Source: Paragordius varius (Eukaryota; Animalia; Nematomorpha). From it: a DNA stretch of 64,000 nucleotides. Position numbers and translations under genes: made by a program. This document shows positions 25,701-38,087 of the stretch, piece after piece; within the stretch, counting starts at the first letter, position 1; every line of letters starts with the position of its first letter. The notes below the pieces were generated by a model, which was not told the origin of the DNA, searched no databases, and saw nothing but the letters and a program-made list of their open reading frames with translations. The stretch spans positions 3,782,001 to 3,846,000 of the forward strand of contig OZ176056.1 of the NCBI GenBank assembly GCA_964247055.1, in the 5' to 3' direction.

Positions 25701-26288
25701 TCTACCGACTAGTGTCAAGATATTCCAAATGCCTATCTTAAGTGGTTTTATCATATTGTTGGGTGTTTTTTTATGTTTGTGATTTTTTAGAAGAGCATTA
25801 ATATTGTTATCATTAAATTAATATTATTATAAAAATTGAGATGATATATATTATTATCATCAATAAAATTATTTGTAAGATGGATATTATCATTTTTAAA
25901 ATTTATATCATTATTTAAAAGTGTTGTCATTTCTTTCTTTTAGTTTCATATACGGTTAAGTTAAGGCGATTGTTTTACAATTTGCATGCCTTTGCAAATC
26001 AAGAGACTATTTCAGTGTCCCTGACCTATGGAATTGACTTTCTGGGCTTACGGAGTTCCATCTCCGCTTACACATATTACTAATTGATTGTTTCTAGCAA
26101 CTGGTTATAGCACCAGATAAACCCGCTTTATCATCCGTGAGAATGCAGGTATTGTGGTATTTTTTAGGAAAAAAATGGTAGTTATCTTTTTCCACCACAC
26201 CCCACACAGATGATATCTTTCCTTTGCCGCTCCCGTTGGTATTAACCAGGGTGCACTACGCGGAAGTGGGATTCGGACTTTGCACCCC
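22760..26288 (-). mobile_element. Near full-length (about 3.5 kb) degenerate RTE-clade non-LTR retrotransposon (APE endonuclease plus RT)
   Basis: APE part: PLQSGLSEATKQAFWNQL...IFIGRDFNSQVG...HGG...RNKEG...TYTSG...VDY. RT part: APAPSKL...WSKSTIIPIYKNRGD...YRPLKLL, GxHQxSILSPLLF, PPWELIYADD. C-terminal YKAGIRPILLYGSDTW. GC-richer 5' UTR at about 25950-26288. Confidence 0.9.
26231..26288 (-). ncRNA. Putative HDV-like self-cleaving ribozyme at the 5' end of the RTE element
   Basis: Minus strand reads GGGGUGC-AAAGUCCGAA-UCCC-ACU-UCCGCGU-AGU-GCACCCU-GG-UUAAUAC-CAAC-GGGA, giving P1 (7 bp, G1.U wobble), P2, P3 (3 bp), a 7-nt L3, GG for P1.1 and a C-rich J4/2. Confidence 0.7.
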
Positions 26289-26847
26289 TGTTAAATTAAA
26301 TTTGAAAAAAATATTATGATTAAGTCTCTATAAAAAGGGTATAACTTGTCCACCATTTTATAATAATAAAATTTGGTAAAGTATATGTATAAATAATTCA
26401 TATTATTACAAAATTAATGTTTTTTATTGTTTTGTATGTTAGAAACCGAGATATATAAAATTGTATCACAGTATAGATGCCAATTAAAATATTTTGCGTA
26501 ATTAAGTTTGGGATGTAGCGTATAAAATTATGTAACGCAAATGCTTTTACAATATAAGGCATTAACAAAAAGCAATGAATTTTTTGTCAGAATTCTTAAT
26601 TATATTATTATAATCAAATGACTAGTAAATATTTGTACAAACAGTTAGTTATCTTTTAAAAATAAGTGTATAAATAAATGTATAAACTATTGCAAGAATA
26701 AATTGAGAGGTACTAAATTCGTTTTAGCTGTAAAATCATGAATAGTATATTAAAGGTGGAGTATTATTTTTGGTTAATTATACACTAAATATAAATTTTC
26801 AAAATACTGGAAACGCTTGAAACATAAATTTGACATGTATTTCTTAA

Positions 26848-29800
26848 TCAATCAAAGTAAATGACTATGATAGACATATCATCTCTGAAATCTCGACTAA
26901 TTTCTGGAGGCAATTTTAGCAAAGCTGATATTCGGTTCCAATCTAGTTTCTCAAGCGTTCCAATCAGTTGTTTATCACGATTTTGGTCAACATTTTTTTC
27001 TTCATTCGTTGTTTTTTGTTCTCTCTTCGAATGATGGCTTACAGCTTTTTGGGTAAAAACATATTTTTTAGGTCGCGTCAATGCGATAGAATTTGAACTA
27101 TTTTCGAATCCTGTGGTATAGCCGGAAAGAGCATGTGCCATTAACCAACTTGCCCCATTTATATCATCAACATTGATATTTTGTTGAGCCACGCCAATTT
27201 TAGCATGCGTCAGTCGTGTGTTAAGTTTAGATTTGAATGATAGGGAGGTAGGAGATGATGGTGAAATATTTGTCAATGTTTCCGGGACAAATTTGCAAGC
27301 CTCCTTAGAGGTGAAACGATTTTCTGAATCCAGCATGACAAATGGATTGCTATCAAGGGAACGATTAGCTTCCTCATCAGTATGTGTGTAATGCTGTTTA
27401 TTATTACCATGTTGGCTTTCTTCGGTTTTAGATGCATTATTTGAATGTTGCAGCAGACTAAATGATTCCTCCTATTTTATTAAATTTTTGATAAAAATTG
27501 TCAACTTGTCTAAATAACTAACATAGTTAGCGTAATATAAAACAAACTGGATTTGTAGATAGGTGCTGGTTAATTTGAACAGGAATATCTTCATGGGATG
27601 ATGGTCTAAAATCTACGCTTTGCAGAGGTTCATCTAAAAAAGCTGTTTCGCTTGTACCTAAGTTGGAATCATGAGATTCTTTAAGGGCATTTGGTTCGAT
27701 AGCCAATACTAAAATACAATATTGTATCATAAACAACAAGCGAATACATATTTAAAAAGGCTCTAAATAGTATATTCAACCTCTATCGTCAGGTGGAGCG
27801 ATATGTTTGAGCACATCTGATTGCACAAGTGGAACATCTAAAGTTAACAATATAATTAATTTTTATATAAGTGAGGAATAGAAATTGGTTAGTTAAAAAT
27901 TAAACGAGAATTAAAATTAATATTACAGTATAAAAATTCCAGCCGCCCAATCAAATTTGAGCACCTTTGTTATGTAAAATTAAAAAAAAAGTTTGTAATA
28001 AGAAAGGTGTGTAAAAAATACAATAAAAATTGAAATTATACGGACAAAACGTAAAAATATAAAGACAGTATTTTTTTCTAAAAGACAACTGTACTTTTCC
28101 AAACCTTAATTTTTCTCATGTAAGCTATTTACTTATAATTGTAAAATATAGAATTGATTGTGTTAGTATTATATAACTCTGCTTCACACTTTGCCATTTA
28201 AACAATGAGTTATATTGATATAAATCTAGATTTAAAAAGTATGGTTGTCATTTAAATATTTGTCTTTATTTTTTACTTTTGTCCGTAAATTTCAGTTTTT
28301 TTACTGTAATAGCTATTTGCCTTTTGTCCTTCGATATGGTAGAATAAAAAATTGATACTAGGGGAAAATATGGTGCTTATGGGATCTATTGCGCTTAAAA
28401 TATTTGTGATTTTATAATGAACTAAAATCAATCTATTCTTCAATATCTTGATACATTTTAGGATATGCTTCCCAAACATCATATACGTTTTACGAATGCA
28501 TTATAATATATTATTATAAACCTGAGATATTTATATCATTATCCATTGGTGCTAAAAGAGAGGATTGATGTTCTGATTGAGTTATATCACTTTTTTCTGC
28601 ATATATATATATATATATATATATAATTGAAAAGAAGTAATCATAAAGAAAGTTTTTTAGCAATTTTAACAAACTAATTACCTTTTAGGGTGTGTTTTTT
28701 GTAAGCCATCCACCGATCTCCTAATATTTTGACAACCTATTACATACAACATCTTTTTATTTTTGACAAAACCTATTAAAATAAAAACACTACTTGAGAA
28801 AATATTGAAAGTTAATGAAAAAAAAAGAAAAAATATATCTTAACCTGTCTGGTATGTAAAAAATCCCATAAACCATCCGTAGCCAAGACTAAAAATTTAT
28901 CTTGACTCCGGAGGACATGTGTCAAAACTTCAGGTCGAGCTGTAAGATAGGGTGGGGAACGATACATGGGCGGTACATAAATGTGTAAATGTGGATACAT
29001 CTAAATAAAATAAAATTTTATAAAAATATTTTGCACATATTATATATCGTATACAATGATAAACAATTGGGAAAAATAAGTATATTTTGTAATATAATTT
29101 TGATTATTTAGTTGTTTTTTATCAATTTTACAAAAGTTTCTCACTACAAAGGCGCATGCATATTCGTTCGGTTTGACTAAAAGGCATAATTAAAATTATT
29201 TTCCGCCTAATTTGAAATAGCAAAATTTAGAGAAATATGCATTATATATTATGAAATTTATTTAAAATTAAACTAAAATGCTTATATAAAAATATAATTT
29301 TTAATTTTCGACATTTATTTCTTTATAGAAAAAAATGAATTTAACGGAATAAGATGCCTTATATAGTGTGTGATATATATAGATGAAAAAACTAGTAAAA
29401 TCAAAATTGTTGCACTGGAAAAAATCAATACTTTTACAACATTATAAAAGACATAAGTTGTATCGTAGTGTGGATGTGATTAATTTCCTGGGGATACAAT
29501 CGAAAGCCCTTTGTAAATCAATAAAAACATGATAAAGTTTTTTATTTTTCGCTAAATAATTCTCTTGTAATCTTCTCAAAATTAAGATTGCATCGATTGT
29601 GCTACTGTTTGGTTTATAAACATATTGGGATTCATGTATGCTGCTGATTGATCTCAGTTTTAATTCAATAATGAATTCAAATAGTGGCCTATAGGAGAAA
29701 CAAACGAGTATGTCTCCTTTGTTTGTTGGACAAACAAATCTATGGAAATGATGTACTACAAAACAACAAACTGCGTCAGATTAACACTGGGCAAAGGGCT

Positions 29801-32800
29801 TTTCTTCCATGGTCTTCATCAAGGCTCCATCCTAAGCCCTGTACTTTTCATTTTAATAATGCATTACCCAACAAAAGATATAAAACAAGGCCCACCATGG
29901 GAACTCATCTATGCGGACGACATTGTCCTCACCGCAACATCAATGGAAGAATTAAATCAAAAGTACAACACATGGAAATCACACTTAGAAAAGGGTGGAA
30001 GGAAGATAAACAGCAAAATACAAAGGTGCTGATAACGGGTGAAACTGTATATGAACGACCTAAGTTTCCATGTGGAGTATGTGATTTAGATGTAAAACTC
30101 AATTCAACCTATCTCCATCTTGCAATAATGGATACACAAAAAGTGCTCGGTTATAAAAGGGACATTAATCAACAATGATAAATTGATATGTGAATCATGT
30201 AAAAATAAAAGTATAAATCACTCACCCCCTTCAATTAATTACCTTTCTATGTCAGATGCCAAAATCGAATTGGTAAATAATTTTAAGTACTTAAGCGATG
30301 TCATACACTGCCTAAGTGGAATAAACCAGTCAGTTCAATATAGATCCCAACAGGCTTGGGTAAAATATCATCAACTTAAAATTAAGCTAAAAAAAACACA
30401 TATTAGCAAAAAGCAAAGGGTTGATCTTCAAAGCCGGCATACGTCCCATAAAAACTAATTAACATAGAAAAGCGGATGCTAAATTTATTCGACCCCAATA
30501 AATGGAATTTAAATTTGCATCTACTGTACCAAATCGAACCTTTAAATGTTATGCTCAGAAAAATAGGCTTAGATATTTCTTACACATCAAACGTGCTCCA
30601 GAACAATGGACAAATAAAATTTTATCCCTACATTCCGAAGGTAACAATCGTAGGGGATACCAATATTTAACTGGGAAAAAACAATAAATAATTATTTAAG
30701 TGTTGCCAACATTGATAATGCAGACAGCTTCTATACGGATACAATGGCTAGCCATTACATAAAGACGATACTCAAAAGACATAAGTTATGATAAGTGTAA
30801 TAATTGTGTGATATTTACAATGGATTGATATAAAATTATTTTGTTATTGTATTAGTATTTCAAATATAGGACAGTACTAGACCATTGTCCCTGTTAAGTG
30901 GTGCATTGTGTTTCATAATTGTTATTGATTGGCGTATGAGACGCTTGTTATGGTTTTTTATATTTGTAATGACTTTGGTGTCACCAATGAAGTGTCCTTA
31001 GTTGCAAACGTGTTCCCGAAGTGGGTTTATTAAGTAGGATGGATTAGGAGAGTGCGAACGTCTATACCTCTACCACTTATCTTATAGACGCTTTCACATT
31101 AACATGTGGCTTTGTAAATACCAGGTAGCTTGTTTTTGGGTAGAGGAGTTTTGTATTTGATTGGATTGATAAGTTTTGTCATTGGTTTATACACTGTACG
31201 GATATTTATTGAGAATATTACCGATTTTGGTGGTAACATTAATAATGAAAGATAGCCGTGGATATAAAATTATGCTCTTTTTGTGAGGTTTTGGAAAGAA
31301 TTTAATAAAGTTTTTTGGCGTAATTTCGGTCAACCGTATGTTTGAGATTTGATGATTCTGTTGTTAGAGACGCTGAGTCACATAGGTCATAGGCCCTATG
31401 GAGGAGTGTTTTGATAACTATATATTTTGAAAAATTCTTCACAAGACTTCACACAAAAAATAGCATTTTTTATCCACAGCCATCCTACCTTTCACTAATT
31501 ATGTTACCACCAAAATCGGTAATATTCTCAATAAATTCAATATTCGTACAGTGTATAAACCAATGACAAAACTTATCAATCTAATCAAATACAAAGATAA
31601 TATGCCCAAAAACAAGCTACCTCGTATTTACAAAGCCACATGTTAATGTGAAAAGCGTCTATAAGGTAGTGAACACTCTCAATACATCAGACTTAAAAAC
31701 CCACTTCAGGATTGTTTGAACTCATTTGCAATGAAGGAACACTTAATTGCTGACACCAAAATAATTACAAACATAGAAAACCACACAAGCGTTTCATACG
31801 CGAATCAGTAGAAATTAAAAAACACACTGCATCACTTAACAGGTACGATGGTCTAATACTGTCCCCTATTTGAAACTAATAAAATAACAAAATAACTTTA
31901 TATCATCTATTGTAAATATCACGCAATCCATTACACTTATCATAACCTATGTCTTTTATAATGTTGTAAAAGTAATTGATTTATTCCAGTATACAGCAAT
32001 TTATGTTACTGGTTTTTTCATCAATTAAAAATTGTATTTTTATTATATAAGGCATTCCGTTATAATTCATTTTTTTCAATAAAGATTTTTCAATAAAAGT
32101 CGAAAATTTCAAAATTGTATTTTTATTAAATACGCCTTTTAGCTTAATTTTAAATAAAATTTGAAATGTAGGCAGGTAAATAAATAAACCTTCCTGGCTT
32201 TGACAATGGCTGTAATGGGCCATTTTAACATAGCGTCCCCAAAACTTCGGGTTGGCATAAGAAAACCCAACAATCGACCTCCCTTAAGAAGCCAAGATCT
32301 TTCAAGCTCAGAGGGATGTTCACGGTATAATCGTTTCAGTTCCCATGAATTTTCGCCATAATGTTTATAACTTAATTTGGTGGTAAGCCATTCCTGATTT
32401 GGTCCCAACGAGCCTTTTATATATTAATTAATGCATGTATTGCAAATCAAATTTAAAAACAATACAAAAAGTAAATAGGAACATGGAAAATTATTCGATT
32501 TTAATAAAAACCGAGCTAAATAAGATATAGGACATTAATTGGTATTAAGCCAAAGTTTATGTGTTACACTTGTAATTATAAGTTATTCAAAAACAAAAAA
32601 AATGCTTTTTTTATATATTTTTATTGCATAATTTAACCATTAATTTAATTTTATTATATTTTTTTCGCAAACTAATACAAATTATATTTACCTATTACAG
32701 CTCTGGAATCACCAGTGTTCGCTATATATATGGTTGGTGGTTCCCCCTCATCTTGTGAAGGTGAATTTATTGCGCTTTTTTCGAAATGGTTTTGCATCCT

Positions 32801-35800
32801 ATTTTTCAAAATGTAAAAAACGGAAAAATAAATAATTAATCTCATTTTATAGATAAAACAAATTTTTTGATTTTTTCTATCATTTAAATAATATATTATT
32901 TAAATAATTAAATAGTTAAGCTAAAAGGTGCATTTTATTAATAAAATTTGCAATTAAAATTTTTTCACCCTTTATCATTAAACTACACAATATAAATTTC
33001 AATTTATAATAACCATTTTACGCTATTATTAATTAGGCATACCGAACAGTAACTGTAAAAATAAGGTAAATAAACAGGATTGCCCTCTGAAAAATATCAC
33101 CAGTCGTTTTTGTTTTTATCTCTAGTTTTTATTATAAAACCAAAAATTGATAAATGAATAACTTAAAAATCAATCTCCGTATATTTTTTTAAATTTTACG
33201 TGGAATTATTTTCGGGATAATCTATGTAGGCAACTAAAGCGCAAGACCCTGAAAGTGCCAAATTAACCCATTGATTCACTATAAATCACAAAAAATTTGT
33301 TATAAATAACTTTTGAAATAAAAAATGCTTAGTTTATTTAACAATAAGTATTAGATAATACCAAACTTTGTTTTAAAGTTTCTTTTTTAGTTTTTGGCAT
33401 AGATTGAGATTGCAAATTATGTTGTGTGATGATATGGCTGGTATCATTAATACCTATATTGCTATTATTTTTATTGGGGGTTGTATCACATTGATTTGCT
33501 TGAGATTTCGGAAAGGTTAAAGCCAATAGTTCTTCTTTAATACGTTCAATAATCTATGATTTGTGTAAAATTGTTGTACTTAGAAATAAAAATACATCTC
33601 TTAAACGATAAAAAAATAAAAATCTAGGAAATTTTTTGGCAAATTAAAAACATATGGTTCAAAAATTCTAACTTGGCATGTTCTATCGTAACTTAAATTT
33701 CTAAAAAAACCGTAAAAAAATAAATGTATACATTTGCTTTATTTTCAGTATTTATTGTTTGTTCGGATATTGAAATTTTTTTAGCCGATGTAGGATTGTT
33801 GTTTGGTGATGATGTTGTTGTAATTTGAAATTCTTCCAAATGCTTTAAAGCCATCGAAGTTATGTATGTATCGAGAAAGGTAAAAGCATGCTCCATCATA
33901 CCGCAAATAAATGGTTCTTTGTGTTGATAATATAAAGTATTTTTATTATCATCATTATTATGTAGGTGATTTATATGGTTAGGAATTATATTTGATTTTT
34001 GTGTTTCATGGATATTGGTTGTTGGGAATTCTGCGGAAAGTTTATCCATAATATCGGTTTGGACTTTGATGCATGATGATATATATCTGATATTTTTGGG
34101 GAAAATAGTTTAATAATATATATTGTTTGCGATAATAGGATTTTGTCGTTTTTAATATTACCCTTAAAAATAACTAAACTTAAAATTATTTGTTTCATAT
34201 AAAAGCAAAAAAATACTATACGATTACTTGGAATTCACCCTTAAACAATTGAAATTCACCCTTGAACAATTTAAATTCACCCTTAAATAATTCAAATTCA
34301 CCCTTGAACAATTCAAATTCACTCTAAAATAAATTATGGTTTTTATATTACCAATATTTTTTCATATTCTAAAAAATGAATAAACTGAAAAAATAATAAA
34401 CTAAGCCATAAAAATATATTTCATTAGTCCTAAATCATAATTTATTTTTAGGGTGAATTCAAATTGTTTAAGGATGAATTTGAATCGTTTGAGGGTGAAT
34501 TTGAATTGTAAATGGTATATTATATCAACTTTCAAAGAGTAGAATTGAAAAACATCAATATAATAAAATTATGGAATCCCAAATGTGAATTATTCAAATA
34601 CATGCTTGGTGATCATATTCATATTTTATGATTCAATAATATAAATTAAAAAGACAAATTGTAAAAATCAAAAGTAACCAATTTACTAACATTAATAAAT
34701 ATTTTTTAACCCGTAAATAGGGTATAAGGACAGGAAATATCTTAATGGAAAAATTTAGTTTTTTTGATTCTTAGGCTCTTGTCATAACATGTCTTAAACG
34801 GTTTTAATAATAAAATATATATGGTTTACTGTATATTTAAACAAAGGACTTCTTACTCAATCCAAAAGTCCCAATTAAGTGATGGCAATCCAGAAATGGA
34901 AAATTTCGAATCACTAAAAGATTTTTTGCGTTTTGGATAAGAAATAACGCTTAAGATTGTTTCGTATGCATCTATTAAATGTAATTTACAATATTTAGGG
35001 TATTAAATTTTAATTTGTAAAAAGAAATTTTTAAAATTGAATTGAATATAAAAATAGAAGATAATACATAAATATTCCAATAATGTTATATGGCTAGTCA
35101 AAGTATTTTCTTACAGTCTTTAATTCACTTAATAAAATATTTAATATAATATAATATGCTCATTAACACTTCGATTTATGGGGTATTTAAATACCCCAGA
35201 CTAAATTTGTGTAAGGATTTTTAAAAACGACTGAAGGAAACGGTCACAATTTAAATTTATGCTTCTATCCTAATAAAAATTATTTAAATATGCCAAAATA
35301 TCTGAATAAATTTTTTTTGAAAAAAAAGTTCCATGTCAAACTACTTCGACGCCATTTTTATTTTACAAAATTTTTCCAAAATATCGTCTTCATTTAATTT
35401 TAAGGGTAATATTAAAGCTAATTTTTTACTTAAATTACATTTAACATTGATAGAAATATAAAAGGCTATTTATTTTGTATTTTCTTCAATTTTACCATTC
35501 CACTCATGTCACGTTGACTAAATTTTTACCTTTCGGTTTTAGCTTAAATTAAGTAATATCAAGTATTTTCGAATAAAATTTTTTATATATTTCGGTTTAT
35601 TAATGTTATATAAGTGCAAGATTTTGCCATGGTTTCGATTCCTTTCATATTTTTTAAAGAATTTAATTTTAAACAAGCCTGGGGTATTTAACTACCCCAA
35701 TTTGAATCGAAGGACTAAAATGAATGTGTTGTATCCAAGTGTTAAACGAAGGCAAATAATTATTTGGAAGTATACACTTCGATGTTTATGTGGTGTTGTT

Positions 35801-36986
35801 ATTTATAACATAAATAATCAAATTTTTTTTCAATCGATATGAGGACAAATAAAATATACCTTTTTACATTATAAATTACTTTACCTTTAGTTTATGAAAA
35901 AAATTTATTTCCAAATTTAAATTGAATGGTACTAGCGCATTAAAAACATGAAATAATTGGTTGGGGCTAATGACACATCAATTTTAGGTATTTTACAAAC
36001 CAAAAAATGTTATTATTAATTTAACTAATTAAATTCTATAAAATAATTTGAAATTTTATTTATCAACGGATAATTATTATTTTTTTAAAATTTAGCTAAA
36101 TTACAAAAGATAATTTAAAAACAAAACATTTTGATAAGTCAAAAACTAATTGGCAACCTAGGACAATAATAAATAATTTTTTATTTTAAAGCAAGCATTA
36201 AAAAAGAAATTAAGAATAGCAATTGTCCAATATTTTTATTTTCGAAATTAATTATACAAACTAATGATAAATCAGTTTGTTTTTATGACATAAAATTTGG
36301 ACAAAATTATAACTTTAAAGAAAAAATTTCACAAGCTTTTTTACAATAATAGAGTTATATTAATAATTATTTATATATTATATGTTAAAAATTGGCAACT
36401 TTTTATATGTTATATTATAGTGGAAAAAAATAATTTAAAAACTATAACCAATTTTAGGATTAGTGCTTAGGTACGTTTCCAATCTTTGCAGTAGATCTGT
36501 AGAACTGAGAGCAACGCTTAAGCAATCAAACATATGTTGATTTAAAAACTCAGATAGTCTTGAACCTAAATGTCCATCAAAAACTGCAGCAAAAATTTTG
36601 TAACATTCCGAAGCCGGTTTAGCGTTTAATTGCGACAATGTGATAGTTTCCCTAAACTTAGCTTCAAAATTTTTGTCAAAGCATTTTCGGATGCTAGGGA
36701 AAAATTCGGAAAAAGACAAACGATCTTCAATAGGATGGTTTGAAGCCAAGTAATTTGATTCAATGTGAATGTTTTTAATGAATTTATTTTCTTTATTTTC
36801 ATAAATTATGCTATTAGCTTGATTTTTAACCATATATGTTATACATTCTTCTGGGGTTAATTGCTTCAATTTTGAGCTAAATAAATATAAAATATACCCT
36901 TGTAGAGTAGAAAATGTTTTTTCACGTGTTAATAATTTCAAAAGTTCTTTAATTGTCTTTGTTAAAATGAGACGTTTAACAGACAT
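26848..36986 (-). CDS. PDP1: Pyruvate dehydrogenase phosphatase catalytic subunit (PP2C family), about 890 aa; exons 36986-36475, 34913-34857, 34086-33732, 33553-33343, 33278-33200, 32798-32692, 32413-32190, 29000-28845, 28736-28682, 28596-28522, 27837-27781, 27708-27548, 27471-26848
   Basis: Motifs in order: SNYLASNHPIEDR, VFDGHLG, LPSLNW, ALSGSCALVAYID, IANTGDSRAVIG, GRLLGFLMPTRSFGD, SPPYLTARPEV, DKFLVLATDGLWD, NGASWLMAHAL, LLKLPPEISRDFRDDMSIIVIYF. All junctions are GT-AG and phase-consistent (sum 2673 nt); a few internal donors are weak and could be shifted. PDP1 vs PDP2 orthology is not resolved. Confidence 0.9.
29382..32022. mobile_element. Inverted pair of Penelope-like GIY-YIG 3' fragments forming a palindrome (left arm 29382-29459 plus 30774-31303, spacer about 125 bp, right arm 31431-32022) in a PDP intron
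   Basis: Right arm translates LPFTNYVTTKIGNILNKFNIRTVYKP...KD...IYKATC*C...FIRESVEIKKH...LNRYDGLILSPI. The left arm is its reverse complement (LPGIYKATC*CESVY). Confidence 0.85.
29460..30773 (+). mobile_element. 5'-truncated, 5'-inverted RTE LINE copy with a 14-bp TSD (aaaagacataagtt at 29446-29459 and 30774-30787)
   Basis: 29463-29724 matches 23968-24235 in the same orientation (antisense to the element). 29738-30770 matches the reverse complement of about 23938-22880 (sense: GLHQGSILSPVLF, PPWELIYADD). Confidence 0.88.
34217..34520. mobile_element. Short foldback-type element with inverted arrays of a 21-bp unit (aattcaaattcacccttgaac)
   Basis: About 4-5 units at 34231-34326 and about 3 inverted units at 34451-34508; terminus 'aaatggtatat' is shared with the 39047-39802 element. 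Confidence 0.7.
35167..35741 (-). mobile_element. TTAA-specific (piggyBac-like) MITE, 575 bp
   Basis: TTAA|CACTTCG ... CCAAGTG|TTAA; reverse complement of the 17517-18078 copy. Confidence 0.85.
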
Positions 36987-38087
36987 AATAATATTTAAAA
37001 AAATTTAAATTACATATGTAATAACCAAACCCTAATATGTGTTTCTGTTTTAATAAAACGACATGATTACTTTGATAGTAAATATAATTTATTATTTTAG
37101 TTTTTTGTCCCAAAAGATTGGTTAGAATTTGTGTAAAAAATTTTAATAAAGCATGTAACGATATTTATTTGTTAGTCATATTTTTTCTAATGGTCTTCTA
37201 AATTGCCCAATTAATGCTGTTTACAGTTCATTACGAGTAAACTAACTCTCTTTTGAGATTATTTTGCAGCAAAAATTAAAAATTCGGAATTAAAAATAGA
37301 GGATCAGACCTGGCATTTTTTCGGCCCATTAATAAATAAATTTCACAGAAACTTATGATGGCAGAAGTACACTGAACTTAACCATTTTTATAAATTGCTA
37401 TAAATGAATTAATTAAATATGTAACTTAATATAACAAGGTTTATAGAGCTAAGTATATTTTAAGCACCGACATGTTGCTATATATTGATTTATTAGATCA
37501 GATGTTTGTGTTTTCTACATGGATTACATATTTACTTTAATTTTATCTAATTTTGAGGTGGTTCTCTACACAACCCTAAATAAGTAAACAAACCACTGTT
37601 TAATCACAATTTTATCAGTAAACCTTTTCTATAACATAAACCTCGAATTACAATTTTTCAACTTTTAAAGCAGGTGTGTCCAACACCGGCCCTTTAAAAC
37701 ATTTATGGAGCCGCAGAAAATTCAAAATATAAAATTTTACGCTCAACAAATTTGATTTTCTTGAACGATTCTGAATAAATCTTTCCTAATCCAGGTAATG
37801 AATTAGAAAAAACACTGAAACAAATAGACTTTTTACAGTATTATTTTATATTAATGCGCATATATTTTGCAAATGTGGAGGCCAAATTTTTTGAAAAAAA
37901 TTCAGCTTGGTTGTTGAAAACATGCCTAAAACGAACATCTGATGTTAATATAATTTAATATCAATTTCCTGGAAAAAATATGAAAGTTTCCAAACTTAAT
38001 TTTACAATACTTTAATCATAATATATATTTATTTAATTCAATTTCAGGTAATTAGTGACACTTAACAAAATTATTGAATTGATATTA

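Noticed and set aside
22560-26310. Target-site duplication for the long RTE copy
   Set aside because: No match to the sequence flanking 26289 was found near the 3' end, so the 3' boundary remains approximate.
31345-31400. Possible degenerate hammerhead in the Penelope palindrome spacer
   Set aside because: Core is TTGATGA...GAGAC rather than CTGATGA...GAAAC, and no stem I is present.
33701-33731. Possible 31-nt intron in PDP
   Set aside because: Using the AG at 33701 leads to a stop after five codons; the acceptor at 33554 keeps the frame.
33986-34198. Frame containing KPILW as the PDP LPILQW equivalent
   Set aside because: That frame stops soon after. A phase-consistent path uses exon 34913-34857 (GLPSLNW) and the other frame at 34086.
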